Shown here: piece after piece, positions 8,115 to 16,079 of the stretch | Layout: every line of letters starts with the position of its first letter | How positions within the stretch are numbered: position 1 is the first letter of the stretch | Origin: a virus | Lineage: Duplodnaviria; Caudoviricetes | Length of the DNA stretch: 35,859 nucleotides | Direction: 5' to 3' (one strand) | IMG/VR virus record: IMGVR_UViG_3300027265_000050 | Coordinates: 1-35,859 of that record | Made by a program: the position numbers and the translations under genes | Notes under the pieces: model-generated | Seen by the model: only the letters and a program-made list of their open reading frames with translations | Database searches by the model: none | What the model was told of the DNA's origin: nothing

Positions 8115-8279
8115 ATGATATTACTTAACAGAAAAATAGTGCCGCAGGCCAGAAACATCCATAACTGTTTTCAAATTCTGCCGGTATTGTAGATAGAACA
8201 TAAAGGAGAAGTAGGATTTGCAATCGTAGTTGGATGGGGCCATTACAGAGCCGGAATCATGTTTGAAATAATCAATTAA
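8115..8279 (+). pseudogene. Small ORF interrupted by an in-frame TAG (8190-8192)
   Basis: MILLNRKIVPQARNIHNCFQILPVL*IEHKGEVGFAIVVGWGHYRAGIMFEIIN* fills the gap between neighbouring genes. Confidence 0.45.
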
Positions 8280-8302
8280 TCACTAATTAAATACTAATTA
8301 AA

Positions 8303-8518
8303 ATGTCACAAAACTACATCACCAATCAATGCTGCTCCGTGCAGGACTTGCAAAGTTACCTGAGCAGCTGGAAGCCGACTGACCCGGTAACGGTTAAACA
8401 GGCAATCACCAACCTGGAAGAATCAATTGCTCATGAAAAAGAGCACCAGAACCGCGTATCAATTATCAAGTTGCTGACGGCAAAAAGGAACGCTTTTAAA
8501 AAACTAATCAAGATATGA
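8303..8518 (+). CDS. Hypothetical protein
   Basis: 71-aa ORF with an A-rich start context; coupled to the next gene. Confidence 0.65.
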   Translation: MSQNYITNQCCSVQDLQSYLSSWKPTDPVTVKQAITNLEESIAHEKEHQNRVSIIKLLTAKRNAFKKLIKI

Positions 8519-8946
8519 GCACACATTGCAACAAATACCCGGGCTGTGGATGCCCGCCCGAATGTGGCGAAAGATGCCATATTGTTGATCTTGGATCGCC
8601 CGAAACGGTTGGCGATCTACTTGATAGGCTGAACGGAATACCCTTCAACGCCGATTTTGGTTTCAGGAATCAGCCTGCGCAAAAACTGTATTATGATAAT
8701 ATGAAAGTGTCATGTTATTTTCAACAAAATGAAATTCAGCAAACTTGGAATTTAGTTGAAAGTCAGTTACCTGATATGGATAGATTAGTAATTGCAAAAT
8801 GTCAGTATTCTTCAGGGCATATTTCTCATAATATAATTCGAAGGATACCATCTCATGATTCAACTATTGATTGGCAATGGTCGAGCGAAGGGCGGCATTC
8901 ATATTTTGCATTAAGGGTAATTGCCTGGAAGTATTTTGATTTTTGA
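8515..8946 (+). CDS. Hypothetical protein; Cys-rich N-terminus, DUF551-like C-terminus
   Basis: CxxxxxCxCxxxCxxxC N-terminus; W..VESQLP...VIAWK ending. Confidence 0.6.
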   Translation: MSTHCNKYPGCGCPPECGERCHIVDLGSPETVGDLLDRLNGIPFNADFGFRNQPAQKLYYDNMKVSCYFQQNEIQQTWNLVESQLPDMDRLVIAKCQYSSGHISHNIIRRIPSHDSTIDWQWSSEGRHSYFALRVIAWKYFDF

Positions 8947-8949
8947 GCC

Positions 8950-9156
8950 ATGAGACCACTCACCTCATTTATCCGCCGCAAATACTACCTGAACCGCAAG
9001 GTAAAGGCATTTTGTACTATAAAAGCCCGATCAAAGGTTTTGTTTATGACTGCCGATGAACATATAAACCTGGCAGGCAAATACCTTAAATGGGTAAACG
9101 AATTAACAGGTACTTATAGTTATCAGATACAATATAAAATGGACTTACCGCTATGA
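8950..9156 (+). CDS. Hypothetical basic protein
   Basis: Operon spacing and coupling. Confidence 0.6.
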   Translation: MRPLTSFIRRKYYLNRKVKAFCTIKARSKVLFMTADEHINLAGKYLKWVNELTGTYSYQIQYKMDLPL

Positions 9157-9401
9157 GTGATACCAAGAATTTCATAACCGGTCTTTACGGTTGCAGCTGT
9201 CATCCGTTTACCACCTGGGGCGAATGTGACGCTTTTCACAAACAAAAATTGACTACCGGGCAAAAGGTAAAGCAAAGGCATACCGGCAAGGAAGGTGAAG
9301 TATTTAAGATTAGCGAGCATAAAGGTTTTGTGACAGTGAAATATGGTGACCTTAAGAGCGATTTACACCAGGAGCATGTAGCTAATCTAATAAAATTATA
9401 A
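9153..9401 (+). CDS. Small SH3/KOW-like beta-barrel protein
   Basis: GQKVKQRHTGKEGEVFKI...VTVKY pattern. Confidence 0.55.
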   Translation: MSDTKNFITGLYGCSCHPFTTWGECDAFHKQKLTTGQKVKQRHTGKEGEVFKISEHKGFVTVKYGDLKSDLHQEHVANLIKL

Positions 9402-9447
9402 CATCGCGCAATTCCATTGCGCCATCACAATCAAACAACTTAACTAC

Positions 9448-9750
9448 ATGAAAAAACTAACCATACACCTCAATAAATCGGAATGGACACAGCTAACTGC
9501 TGCCGTCCTGGAGCAAAGCGGCGAAGTACGCAATACAGAAGATAAGTATTTGAAGGCAATTCTCTTTCATACGCTCCTACAGGTATATGTGAAGCTTCAT
9601 AATAAGCTGCACAGCCTGCATTCCGAAAGTAATCGGCTTAATCTTACCTACCCTGAAGCTTCAGTACTGGCAATGACATTGCTGGAGATGAACTCGGACA
9701 ACTATATGATTGTGAATTTAACCAGCTTTATTGATCAAAAATTAACTTAA
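9448..9750 (+). CDS. Hypothetical protein
   Basis: 100-aa ORF with an A-rich start context. Confidence 0.65.
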   Translation: MKKLTIHLNKSEWTQLTAAVLEQSGEVRNTEDKYLKAILFHTLLQVYVKLHNKLHSLHSESNRLNLTYPEASVLAMTLLEMNSDNYMIVNLTSFIDQKLT

Positions 9751-9786
9751 ACTTTCTACATTTGAATAAACTTTAAAACCTGTCGT

Positions 9787-10401
9787 ATGGGACTATTTAC
9801 ACTGTTATTCGGAAAGAAAAAAAGCAGAAAAGGTGAAACCGTTAAACTTGAAATTATGGGTAAATCTTATGATACAGGAGTCACCCAGGAGCAAATCAAT
9901 CAATTTAACAGTAAACCTGTCGTAGGCGTTGCATGCTCCTGGGTCGAAAGTAATCAAGTTGAAATGGTTAGAAGTGATGAGCACAAAATTTACAAGATTA
10001 ACCGGGTAAGTCCTGAGCAAAGAAATCAAATCGGATTTTATGGGCAGAAATGGTATTCCGAAAACGGAGAGTTTTGTGTTGTTTATTCTAGTATTGAGGA
10101 GGGAAAATATAATGTTGGCCTGGTTGATGTGCTTAAAAATACAGTGGCCTATCGCATTAAATTAACACGTCCTCACCGCTGTTTGGTCTCAAATAATGGG
10201 ATAGTCGTATGTGAAGATTGGGGAAATATAGAGAGTAAAACTAGCTACATATTAGCTTTAGGTACAAAAGGCCAAATACTAGCTAAAAATGCACACCGCG
10301 AAGCAGTTGGAGATAACTTTTCTATTAGTGATGACGGGCGTTTAGTTAATTACACGCTTAATTATTCAGGAAAAAATGTAAAATTAAATTTGGAATTCTA
10401 A
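9787..10401 (+). CDS. Accessory (moron-like) protein with beta-propeller-like repeats
   Basis: Own TACATTTG motif at 9757-9764; AT-rich; repeats YSENGEF / VSNNGIV / ISDDGRL; MGLFxxLFG amphipathic N-terminus. Confidence 0.65.
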   Translation: MGLFTLLFGKKKSRKGETVKLEIMGKSYDTGVTQEQINQFNSKPVVGVACSWVESNQVEMVRSDEHKIYKINRVSPEQRNQIGFYGQKWYSENGEFCVVYSSIEEGKYNVGLVDVLKNTVAYRIKLTRPHRCLVSNNGIVVCEDWGNIESKTSYILALGTKGQILAKNAHREAVGDNFSISDDGRLVNYTLNYSGKNVKLNLEF

Positions 10402-10418
10402 TATTCATTGTATATTTG
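10389..10418 (+). promoter_or_regulatory. Bacteroidota promoter TTTG-N18-TATATTTG for the antirepressor cassette
   Basis: TTTG at 10389-10392 and TATATTTG at 10411-10418. Confidence 0.65.
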
Positions 10419-10423
10419 CCCCC

Positions 10424-10569
10424 GACTTACATACAGATATTCTTGGGCAAATAATCCAACAATTATTTTAACAAGATAAAGGGAACGTCCCTATGGTGGT
10501 GCTGCGGAAACAATGCACTGTACAACCGCCCTGCGTTTGTGTGTAAGTCACACCTACGGGGGCGTTTCT
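10424..10569 (+). ncRNA. Structured leader RNA of the antirepressor gene
   Basis: GACTTACATACAG (10424) pairs with TTTGTGTGTAAGTC (10536-10549); GGGAACGTCCCTATGGTG (10481) pairs imperfectly with CACCTACGGGGGCGTTTCT (10551-10569). Confidence 0.5.
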
Positions 10570-10592
10570 CATTTATCATAATTCGATCCAAT

Positions 10593-11120
10593 ATGACACA
10601 CGGAAAGAATGAAGCTAGCAACTTACTGCCAATGACGGTTTCAGAAGGATTAACCGTTAACATATTGCCAAATCAGCAGTATGAGTATCTAATGCCAAGC
10701 AAAGAGGTCGCACTTGGCTATGGAGTGACTGAGTATAATATTCGTCAACACAAATTGCAACACCCTGACGAATTAAAAGCCGGTAAGCACTTTATAAGTG
10801 CTGTTAGTATTCCTAACAGCGACCTTCCACACAATGCAATTCTTTGGACCAAACGCGGCATTGTCCGACTTGGCTTTTTTATTAAAAGCGAACGGGCCAA
10901 GCTGTTCCGCGATTGGGCTGAGGAGCTTATTATTAAGCTGGATGAACAAAGAGATCTCTTTAATCAACCAATCCGCCAAAAGGAGCTGCCCGGCAGCCGT
11001 AAACACAATCGCCTTACCCAGGACAGGATGATAAGCATACTTGCCGATGTATGCCGTATTGATGACCGCGAGCTGCGCTTATCCATCACTAATAAGTTGA
11101 TGAAAGGAGGGCAGGCATGA
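10593..11120 (+). CDS. Phage antirepressor-like DNA-binding protein (ORF6N-like N-terminal domain)
   Basis: MPSKEVALGYGV...ELKAGKHFI...LWTKRGIVRLGFFIKSERAKLFRDW; likely start ATG 10593. Confidence 0.75.
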   Translation: MTHGKNEASNLLPMTVSEGLTVNILPNQQYEYLMPSKEVALGYGVTEYNIRQHKLQHPDELKAGKHFISAVSIPNSDLPHNAILWTKRGIVRLGFFIKSERAKLFRDWAEELIIKLDEQRDLFNQPIRQKELPGSRKHNRLTQDRMISILADVCRIDDRELRLSITNKLMKGGQA

Positions 11121-11338
11121 TACGTGTATTTGTGAACCGTAAAAGCGATGTAACCGCTTTTATGCAGAGCTACCAGGATAATGGATATACTTCCTACCGT
11201 ACCCGCCTGGAGTGCAACTGCCCTACGCACAACCGCCGTAGCGGCATACTGGTAATTGAGCCCGAAACACTTATTTTAACTGCAAAAGTAATCCGCTGCC
11301 GTGGCTGCGTTACCCGAAAGGAGGCCGGTAATGTGTAA
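11117..11338 (+). CDS. Small Cys-rich hypothetical protein
   Basis: ATGA coupling; CxCxxH...CxxC. Confidence 0.6.
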   Translation: MIRVFVNRKSDVTAFMQSYQDNGYTSYRTRLECNCPTHNRRSGILVIEPETLILTAKVIRCRGCVTRKEAGNV

Positions 11339-11516
11339 GAACTGCAAGGATGAACACCTGATACCGATTGATACGCGCAAGGTACTTGAAATGATAGAGA
11401 GCCAGCAACAACAGTGTGCTATACTTCACGATATAATGACGCTGATGTACGAAAAGCAACGGAACTGGGAGGAGGAGTATAAGAAACCGCCGGTTAAAAT
11501 GACGGTTAAGCGGTAA
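11331..11516 (+). CDS. Hypothetical protein (likely start MCKNCK)
   Basis: ATG overlaps the upstream stop region; followed by hairpins and a terminator. Confidence 0.55.
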   Translation: MCKNCKDEHLIPIDTRKVLEMIESQQQQCAILHDIMTLMYEKQRNWEEEYKKPPVKMTVKR

Positions 11517-11564
11517 CCGGTCTTATAGCCGGGGCGCGACTGGGAGTCGCACTCCGGCTAAACG

Positions 11565-11593
11565 CAAAAGCCACCCTAACCGGTGGCTTTTTG
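11565..11593 (+). terminator. Rho-independent terminator, possibly bidirectional; preceded by a palindrome at 11526-11560
   Basis: AAAAGCCACC-CTAACC-GGTGGCTTTTT. Confidence 0.8.
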
Positions 11594-11644
11594 GTTAATA
11601 ACTCAATTAGTCTGTTTTTCAGAACTATGTATATTTTTGCACAT

Positions 11645-11872
11645 ATGGCATACAACCGGAAAAACAAGTTACTTCAGATGCAGCGTGTTTGCGAAGTTTA
11701 CCAGAGGCATATGCTTCCGGGAGTTACCACCGCCTATGTTTACAGAACTTATATCTTCCCGGAATTTCATATTTCAATAGCCACTCTTTACATTTACCTG
11801 GGTACTTCAATTAATAAAGAACTCAAGCAAATTGATTCAACAGCCCGCCCCCAGTTAAGCCTGTTTGAGTAG
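11645..11872 (+). CDS. Small HTH-like protein, candidate middle/late transcription regulator (position of Mu Mor/C)
   Basis: MAYNRKNKL...IFPEFHISIATLYIYLG; last gene before the convergent late module; TATTTTTG motif at 11632-11639. Confidence 0.6.
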   Translation: MAYNRKNKLLQMQRVCEVYQRHMLPGVTTAYVYRTYIFPEFHISIATLYIYLGTSINKELKQIDSTARPQLSLFE

Positions 11873-12406
11873 TTCAACATTAATTGCCACTTCGGGCGGA
11901 ACCGTATTAAATATTTCTTCAGCTATTACGGGATCAGCAATATTGTAATACTGATCCATTGCGCTGGCATCAGTACAAAGCGTACTATACACTACCTCAA
12001 ATTCACGTATACCATCGTCACGTTTCACACGCCTGGAACTCAACCGCGTTAAGGTTCCGAAATCCGGGTTGGCTGCCGGTCGCCATCCGTGCAAAGCTTT
12101 GTGTATATTTTCAAGTATAAGCCAAACGGCGGCGGCTTTGGCTTGCTGCCCGGCGGGTGCTTTCGGATTGGTATTGCTGAGCTTTAAATCAGCGACCCGG
12201 ATGCTGATCAGTAATTCGCCGTCCTGCACTTTCTGCGACTGGTTTTTCCAGTTTGCCTGCTGAAGCTCCAGCAACATACAAGGAAATTTCACCGGCGGGT
12301 TCACCTGGTAATAGTCGAGCTGGCCCCAGTCTTCGTCCAGGTATTTAATATTCGGCTCTTTTTCAGTAAGCCTGGCCATAATGGCTGTTAAAATATCGTT
12401 AATCAT
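11855..12406 (-). CDS. Tail terminator/neck protein (Mu gp37-like)
   Basis: YLDEDWGQLD...PPVKFPCMLLE...IHKALHGW motif; follows the virion morphogenesis gene. Confidence 0.7.
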   Translation of the reverse strand: MINDILTAIMARLTEKEPNIKYLDEDWGQLDYYQVNPPVKFPCMLLELQQANWKNQSQKVQDGELLISIRVADLKLSNTNPKAPAGQQAKAAAVWLILENIHKALHGWRPAANPDFGTLTRLSSRRVKRDDGIREFEVVYSTLCTDASAMDQYYNIADPVIAEEIFNTVPPEVAINVELLKQA

Positions 12407-12903
12407 CGTTTAAGTATTGATTTAATGTAAGTATCCACCTCGCGAAAGTTAGCATCTACTACCCGTTTTACTGCAAGGTTAACCTGGCTGTGATGGCCAA
12501 TGAACCGGCGTTCCTGGATTATGATCCGGGAACCTACTTTCTTTAAGGCCATTGCTTTCCAGTACTGGGCCTCGGCGTTTGGCTTTTTGCTTTTACCACC
12601 CGACCTGTAAAACATAGCCCAGAAGTATTTTTGCATCTTCCTGGTAACTACAATCACACCTCCTTCGTTATGTATTCTGGCATAAGGCAGCGAGTTGGTA
12701 AACTGTATCATAAGGCCGTTAACAAGGGCACGGTTCCCGCGCCGTAACGCTCCAGATCGCATCAGGGTGCTTCCTCGCCGGTTTGCTCTGGTTGGGAGCC
12801 ACGGCTTATCGAAAAAAGCCTTCCGCTCAAAGTTTCGGTCGAACTCATCCATAAGTTCCACTTTGAGATCGGTAAGTACCTGATTGATAAAATTTAGTGC
12901 CAT
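12403..12903 (-). CDS. Phage virion morphogenesis / tail completion protein (Mu gpG-like)
   Basis: TLMRSGALRR...LPYARIHNEGG...RRFIG motifs. Confidence 0.85.
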   Translation of the reverse strand: MALNFINQVLTDLKVELMDEFDRNFERKAFFDKPWLPTRANRRGSTLMRSGALRRGNRALVNGLMIQFTNSLPYARIHNEGGVIVVTRKMQKYFWAMFYRSGGKSKKPNAEAQYWKAMALKKVGSRIIIQERRFIGHHSQVNLAVKRVVDANFREVDTYIKSILKR

Positions 12904-12928
12904 TTATTGAAAATGAGTAAAATGATTG

Positions 12929-13006
12929 TATCTTTGCTCCCGGTTGAGGGTATTGCAATATACCCCCGACCTCCCAAAAAAGGTATTCTTCGGAGTGCCT
13001 TTTTTG
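12929..13006 (+). ncRNA. Putative ~70-nt small RNA with its own promoter and terminator, convergent with the MuF gene
   Basis: TATCTTTG (12929-12936), hairpin GGTTGAGGGTAT-TGCAAT-ATACCCCCGACC, terminator AGGTATTC-TTCG-GAGTGCCT-TTTTT; the G-U pairs and cUUCGg loop form only on the + strand. Confidence 0.65.
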
Positions 13007-13009
13007 CTT

Positions 13010-14251
13010 TTATAGGGTGAAATCTTTATTCATTATTTCATCTCTCAGGTATGTTTTATCCTTTCCTTTGTGGATAACCGTGATGGATTTTATATTCTTC
13101 TCCTGGTTTACCCTTCCCCTAATCCCACGTTGCAGATCGTTATCGCTTATTCCCGATGTGATACGGATCACTACATGATCTGCTTGCCCGGCGGCATCAC
13201 GTATTTCGTTGTCAATTGCTCCTTTGGACGCTATAATGTTTGTTTTGTATTCCTGCTTTAAATTAAGCGTTTTGTTGAAGCTATCAGCGGTCTTTTTATT
13301 GCCTGAAACGGGTAAAAGATCAATATCATAACCATACGTATTAGCCAGGTACTTTGCCGTTATCAGGTTGCTTTCCCTCTCCCCGGCACCATGTAGAACA
13401 TTAACCCGGACACTGCCTTTATCGGTTTCAACCGTTTCCCATCCCCGTCCTTCGCCGCCTAATGATTCAACAATATTGCGGACTCCTTTCTGCACCTGCC
13501 TGTATGGATGATGAGGCGGAAATATCACTTTTTGCTTACCCGGATTGTAACGGAAAATAGCGGCTGAATTATTGCCGTTTTTGTCTATTTTGGTAGTGGC
13601 CTCTTCGCCTTTTGCGATAGCCTTTTTGGAATCGTCTTCCGGGTACTTCCCTTTGCGAACCTGCACTGCTGTGCACCGGCACCGCCAGGCTATCGGCGGA
13701 AGATAGCTATCCCAGAATGCATCCTCGGAGGGCAGTGTAATGTTGGCAAGTGCTGCATGATCATCGCGTACTTTGTTGTCACCGGCTGTCCGGTACTGGA
13801 GGTTATACCGGTCGCCGTCCTTTTCAAAGTCAACCCACTTGGCGGCCATTTGCGCTGAGCTGGTTGCGAAGATATATTCCGGCTCCAGGTACCTGACATT
13901 GTATTCCTGGTGAATGCTCAGCACATCGGCTTTAAACTGGTTGTAGGGCTTTATTTTCCCATCCGGAGTAATCAGGAGTTCTGAAGCTTCCTTCAGCTGG
14001 GCATGAGTTTTTAAACCAGAGAAAACAAAAACGTCATTCCGGAGAGCTCGAAGCATTTCTTCAGGAGGCATATTATCCAGTATGCCTTCATCCAGTGCGT
14101 TACTCAGTATGCGGTTTGTTTCGTTCACCAATCCGAGGAAAGGCTCATCGCTGAGCATTTCAGGTTCATACCCACCAGATTTATGCAGGTGTTTTATTGC
14201 TCTGGAGAAAATGTTTGCACGAAATGCGTTTTTCTTTGCATCAAACGCCAA
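13010..14251 (-). CDS. MuF (phage minor head protein) with C-terminal PD-(D/E)xK nuclease toxin domain, CdiA-tRNase-like
   Basis: MuF motifs YRTAGDNKVRDDH and PPIAWRCRC; C-terminal extension with KTADSF...KQEYK...IRDAAGQADHVVI. Only a weak TTG start; the frame is open upstream into the end of the portal gene. Confidence 0.85.
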   Translation of the reverse strand: MAFDAKKNAFRANIFSRAIKHLHKSGGYEPEMLSDEPFLGLVNETNRILSNALDEGILDNMPPEEMLRALRNDVFVFSGLKTHAQLKEASELLITPDGKIKPYNQFKADVLSIHQEYNVRYLEPEYIFATSSAQMAAKWVDFEKDGDRYNLQYRTAGDNKVRDDHAALANITLPSEDAFWDSYLPPIAWRCRCTAVQVRKGKYPEDDSKKAIAKGEEATTKIDKNGNNSAAIFRYNPGKQKVIFPPHHPYRQVQKGVRNIVESLGGEGRGWETVETDKGSVRVNVLHGAGERESNLITAKYLANTYGYDIDLLPVSGNKKTADSFNKTLNLKQEYKTNIIASKGAIDNEIRDAAGQADHVVIRITSGISDNDLQRGIRGRVNQEKNIKSITVIHKGKDKTYLRDEIMNKDFTL

Positions 14252-14304
14252 TAAAGTTGCACCGGGTGCAAGGTGGCTGAGCGTAGCCGAAGCCCCGCAG
14301 CAAT

Positions 14305-14371
14305 CGCACGTTTGATTATACAGACCCGAAAGCTGTGCGCTTATTTTTTCTTCGGGTCTGACTGAAAATTT
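14305..14371 (-). promoter_or_regulatory. Predicted programmed -1 ribosomal frameshift signal, portal into MuF
   Basis: Heptamer A_AAT_TTT in the portal frame (14371-14365), 10-bp stem CAGACCCGAA/TTCGGGTCTG, loop CGCAC pairing with downstream GTGCG; the -1 frame is the MuF frame with no stop. Confidence 0.75.
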
Positions 14372-15600
14372 GCGCCGGTTCCTCCAGCTGGTGTTTGCTT
14401 TATGCCGGTTACTTCAATACCGAACTTTTGCTTCACCCACTCCGGATCAACATCCATATATTGCATAAACCCGATTGTGCGCGTATAGAGTTCTCTGGTG
14501 TCCTCCTGTGGGTCGAAAGCGAATATAAGGCCGTCAGGCAGTAGCCCGATTTTAAACAGGCCCGGAAGTACAACGGTGTTCATATAACCTTCCACGAGGC
14601 GTTTGTCGCTCTCAGCGAGGCGCATTAATTGCTCAACACTAACCTTCTCTTTGCTTTCGTTGCCGTTTTTGGTATCCTGCCCAATAACTGCACCAACAAT
14701 CAACAGTGAGTTTTCATTGTTGCAAAGCCTTATCAGGTTGTTATACACATCGCCTGTTGTAACCGCTCCGGTTGCAAATTCGAACTCTTCGGAGTCGTCG
14801 ATTATGAACCAGGCTGCCGCGCCCATATCGCGCATCATCATCTCGGCACGGTCGAGCATGGCCGGGTTTTGGGTATTTGTTTTCATCACCCTGGGAGGGA
14901 TGCCGTATATTTCGCAAAGCTCGCTCCAGCAGCTCTGGGCAAATCTTTTAATTAGAACGTGCGGAACGGCCTTGTTTAAAATGCCAAATTCATCCGGTTT
15001 GCCAAATTCAAGCAGCCATGAGCCGTACTCCTTCACGTTGCGGAAGTCGATACCGGTGGTTGCCGTTTCATCCAGTAGCAGGATTCCTTTTTCCGGGATA
15101 ACATTTTGCTTTGGAATTAACACCGGCTTAAGTACGCCGTTTTTGTCGGTCACCATTTCAACCAACGCGGTACCGCTGAGCTGTGTATCGAATATATGCC
15201 CGATCAGTTCGCCGAACCAGGGCAATGATTTTAACAGGGCGGTTGAAACATCATCAGCCGTATCTCCTTTTTTCAGCGTGAATGGGGCGGATGTGCTGAT
15301 CATGCGCCGGTTGGTAATCTGCGAGCTGAGTAATGCATCAAGCATAATATCTTTGTATAGCTTATGCAACAATACCCTTTTTGGCATATCAACATTATCG
15401 GCCTGGCGGAGAGCCGATTTCCACGATGCAATGTCCTGCCGGGTGCGGCTTATGGTCTTAGGCGCAATTTGTGCGGCATACCCGTCGGTACGCTTTGCAA
15501 CGGTAGGCTGAGTCGGGGCTGGAGCTTTGAGGTTCAATCTCCCTGGACTAATATAATCGGTTTTATTAGTCCGTGTGCTTCTTCGGTTCTTTTTCATCAC
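14341..15600 (-). CDS. Portal protein (Mu gp29 / DUF935-like)
   Basis: 419 aa; WSELCEIYGIPPRVMKT and GAAAW motifs; located between the adaptor and MuF. Confidence 0.88.
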   Translation of the reverse strand: MMKKNRRSTRTNKTDYISPGRLNLKAPAPTQPTVAKRTDGYAAQIAPKTISRTRQDIASWKSALRQADNVDMPKRVLLHKLYKDIMLDALLSSQITNRRMISTSAPFTLKKGDTADDVSTALLKSLPWFGELIGHIFDTQLSGTALVEMVTDKNGVLKPVLIPKQNVIPEKGILLLDETATTGIDFRNVKEYGSWLLEFGKPDEFGILNKAVPHVLIKRFAQSCWSELCEIYGIPPRVMKTNTQNPAMLDRAEMMMRDMGAAAWFIIDDSEEFEFATGAVTTGDVYNNLIRLCNNENSLLIVGAVIGQDTKNGNESKEKVSVEQLMRLAESDKRLVEGYMNTVVLPGLFKIGLLPDGLIFAFDPQEDTRELYTRTIGFMQYMDVDPEWVKQKFGIEVTGIKQTPAGGTGANFQSDPKKK

Positions 15601-16073
15601 TAAAAATCGTGGTTAAATTTTTCACGGCTTCCAAACCGGAAAGCCTGCTTTGCTGTTGTTTCGTCACCGGCGGGCAACACCGGGAATCCGGGCGCAATAG
15701 GAGCTGAATCCTTATACTTGCCAATACCGGCTACTTTCTCCAGGTAATCAATTGCCCTGTCGTAACGCTGTATTACCCGCTCCTGGATTATATCCACATT
15801 AGCCAGCTGGCAAATCTGGTATAGGGCTATGCTCTTGACTAATGAAAGTATCATAGCATTGCGGTTAACTCCTACAGCAGAGAATATAGCCGCGACATCG
15901 TACCGTGGTCGCCCATCGCGCCACTTGATCTGGTCAGTGGGGCTTAGGTAACTTTTTACTTCTTCCACGGCTGCATTTATAGCCATTTCAGCGATGTCGG
16001 GGCTCGACTCTGTAATTTCGGTTAACTGATATTCGTAGATTACCGATTTTAATTCTGCAACTTCAAGAAACAT
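15600..16073 (-). CDS. Head-tail adaptor (Mu gp36 / DUF1320-like)
   Basis: AINAAVEEVKSYL...RYDVAAIF...IALY...RYDRAIDYLEKV. Confidence 0.8.
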   Translation of the reverse strand: MFLEVAELKSVIYEYQLTEITESSPDIAEMAINAAVEEVKSYLSPTDQIKWRDGRPRYDVAAIFSAVGVNRNAMILSLVKSIALYQICQLANVDIIQERVIQRYDRAIDYLEKVAGIGKYKDSAPIAPGFPVLPAGDETTAKQAFRFGSREKFNHDF

Positions 16074-16079
16074 GATGTT

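Noticed and set aside
14603-15511. 302-aa + strand ORF
   Set aside because: Antisense shadow of the portal gene; Ser/Ile-rich with no motifs.
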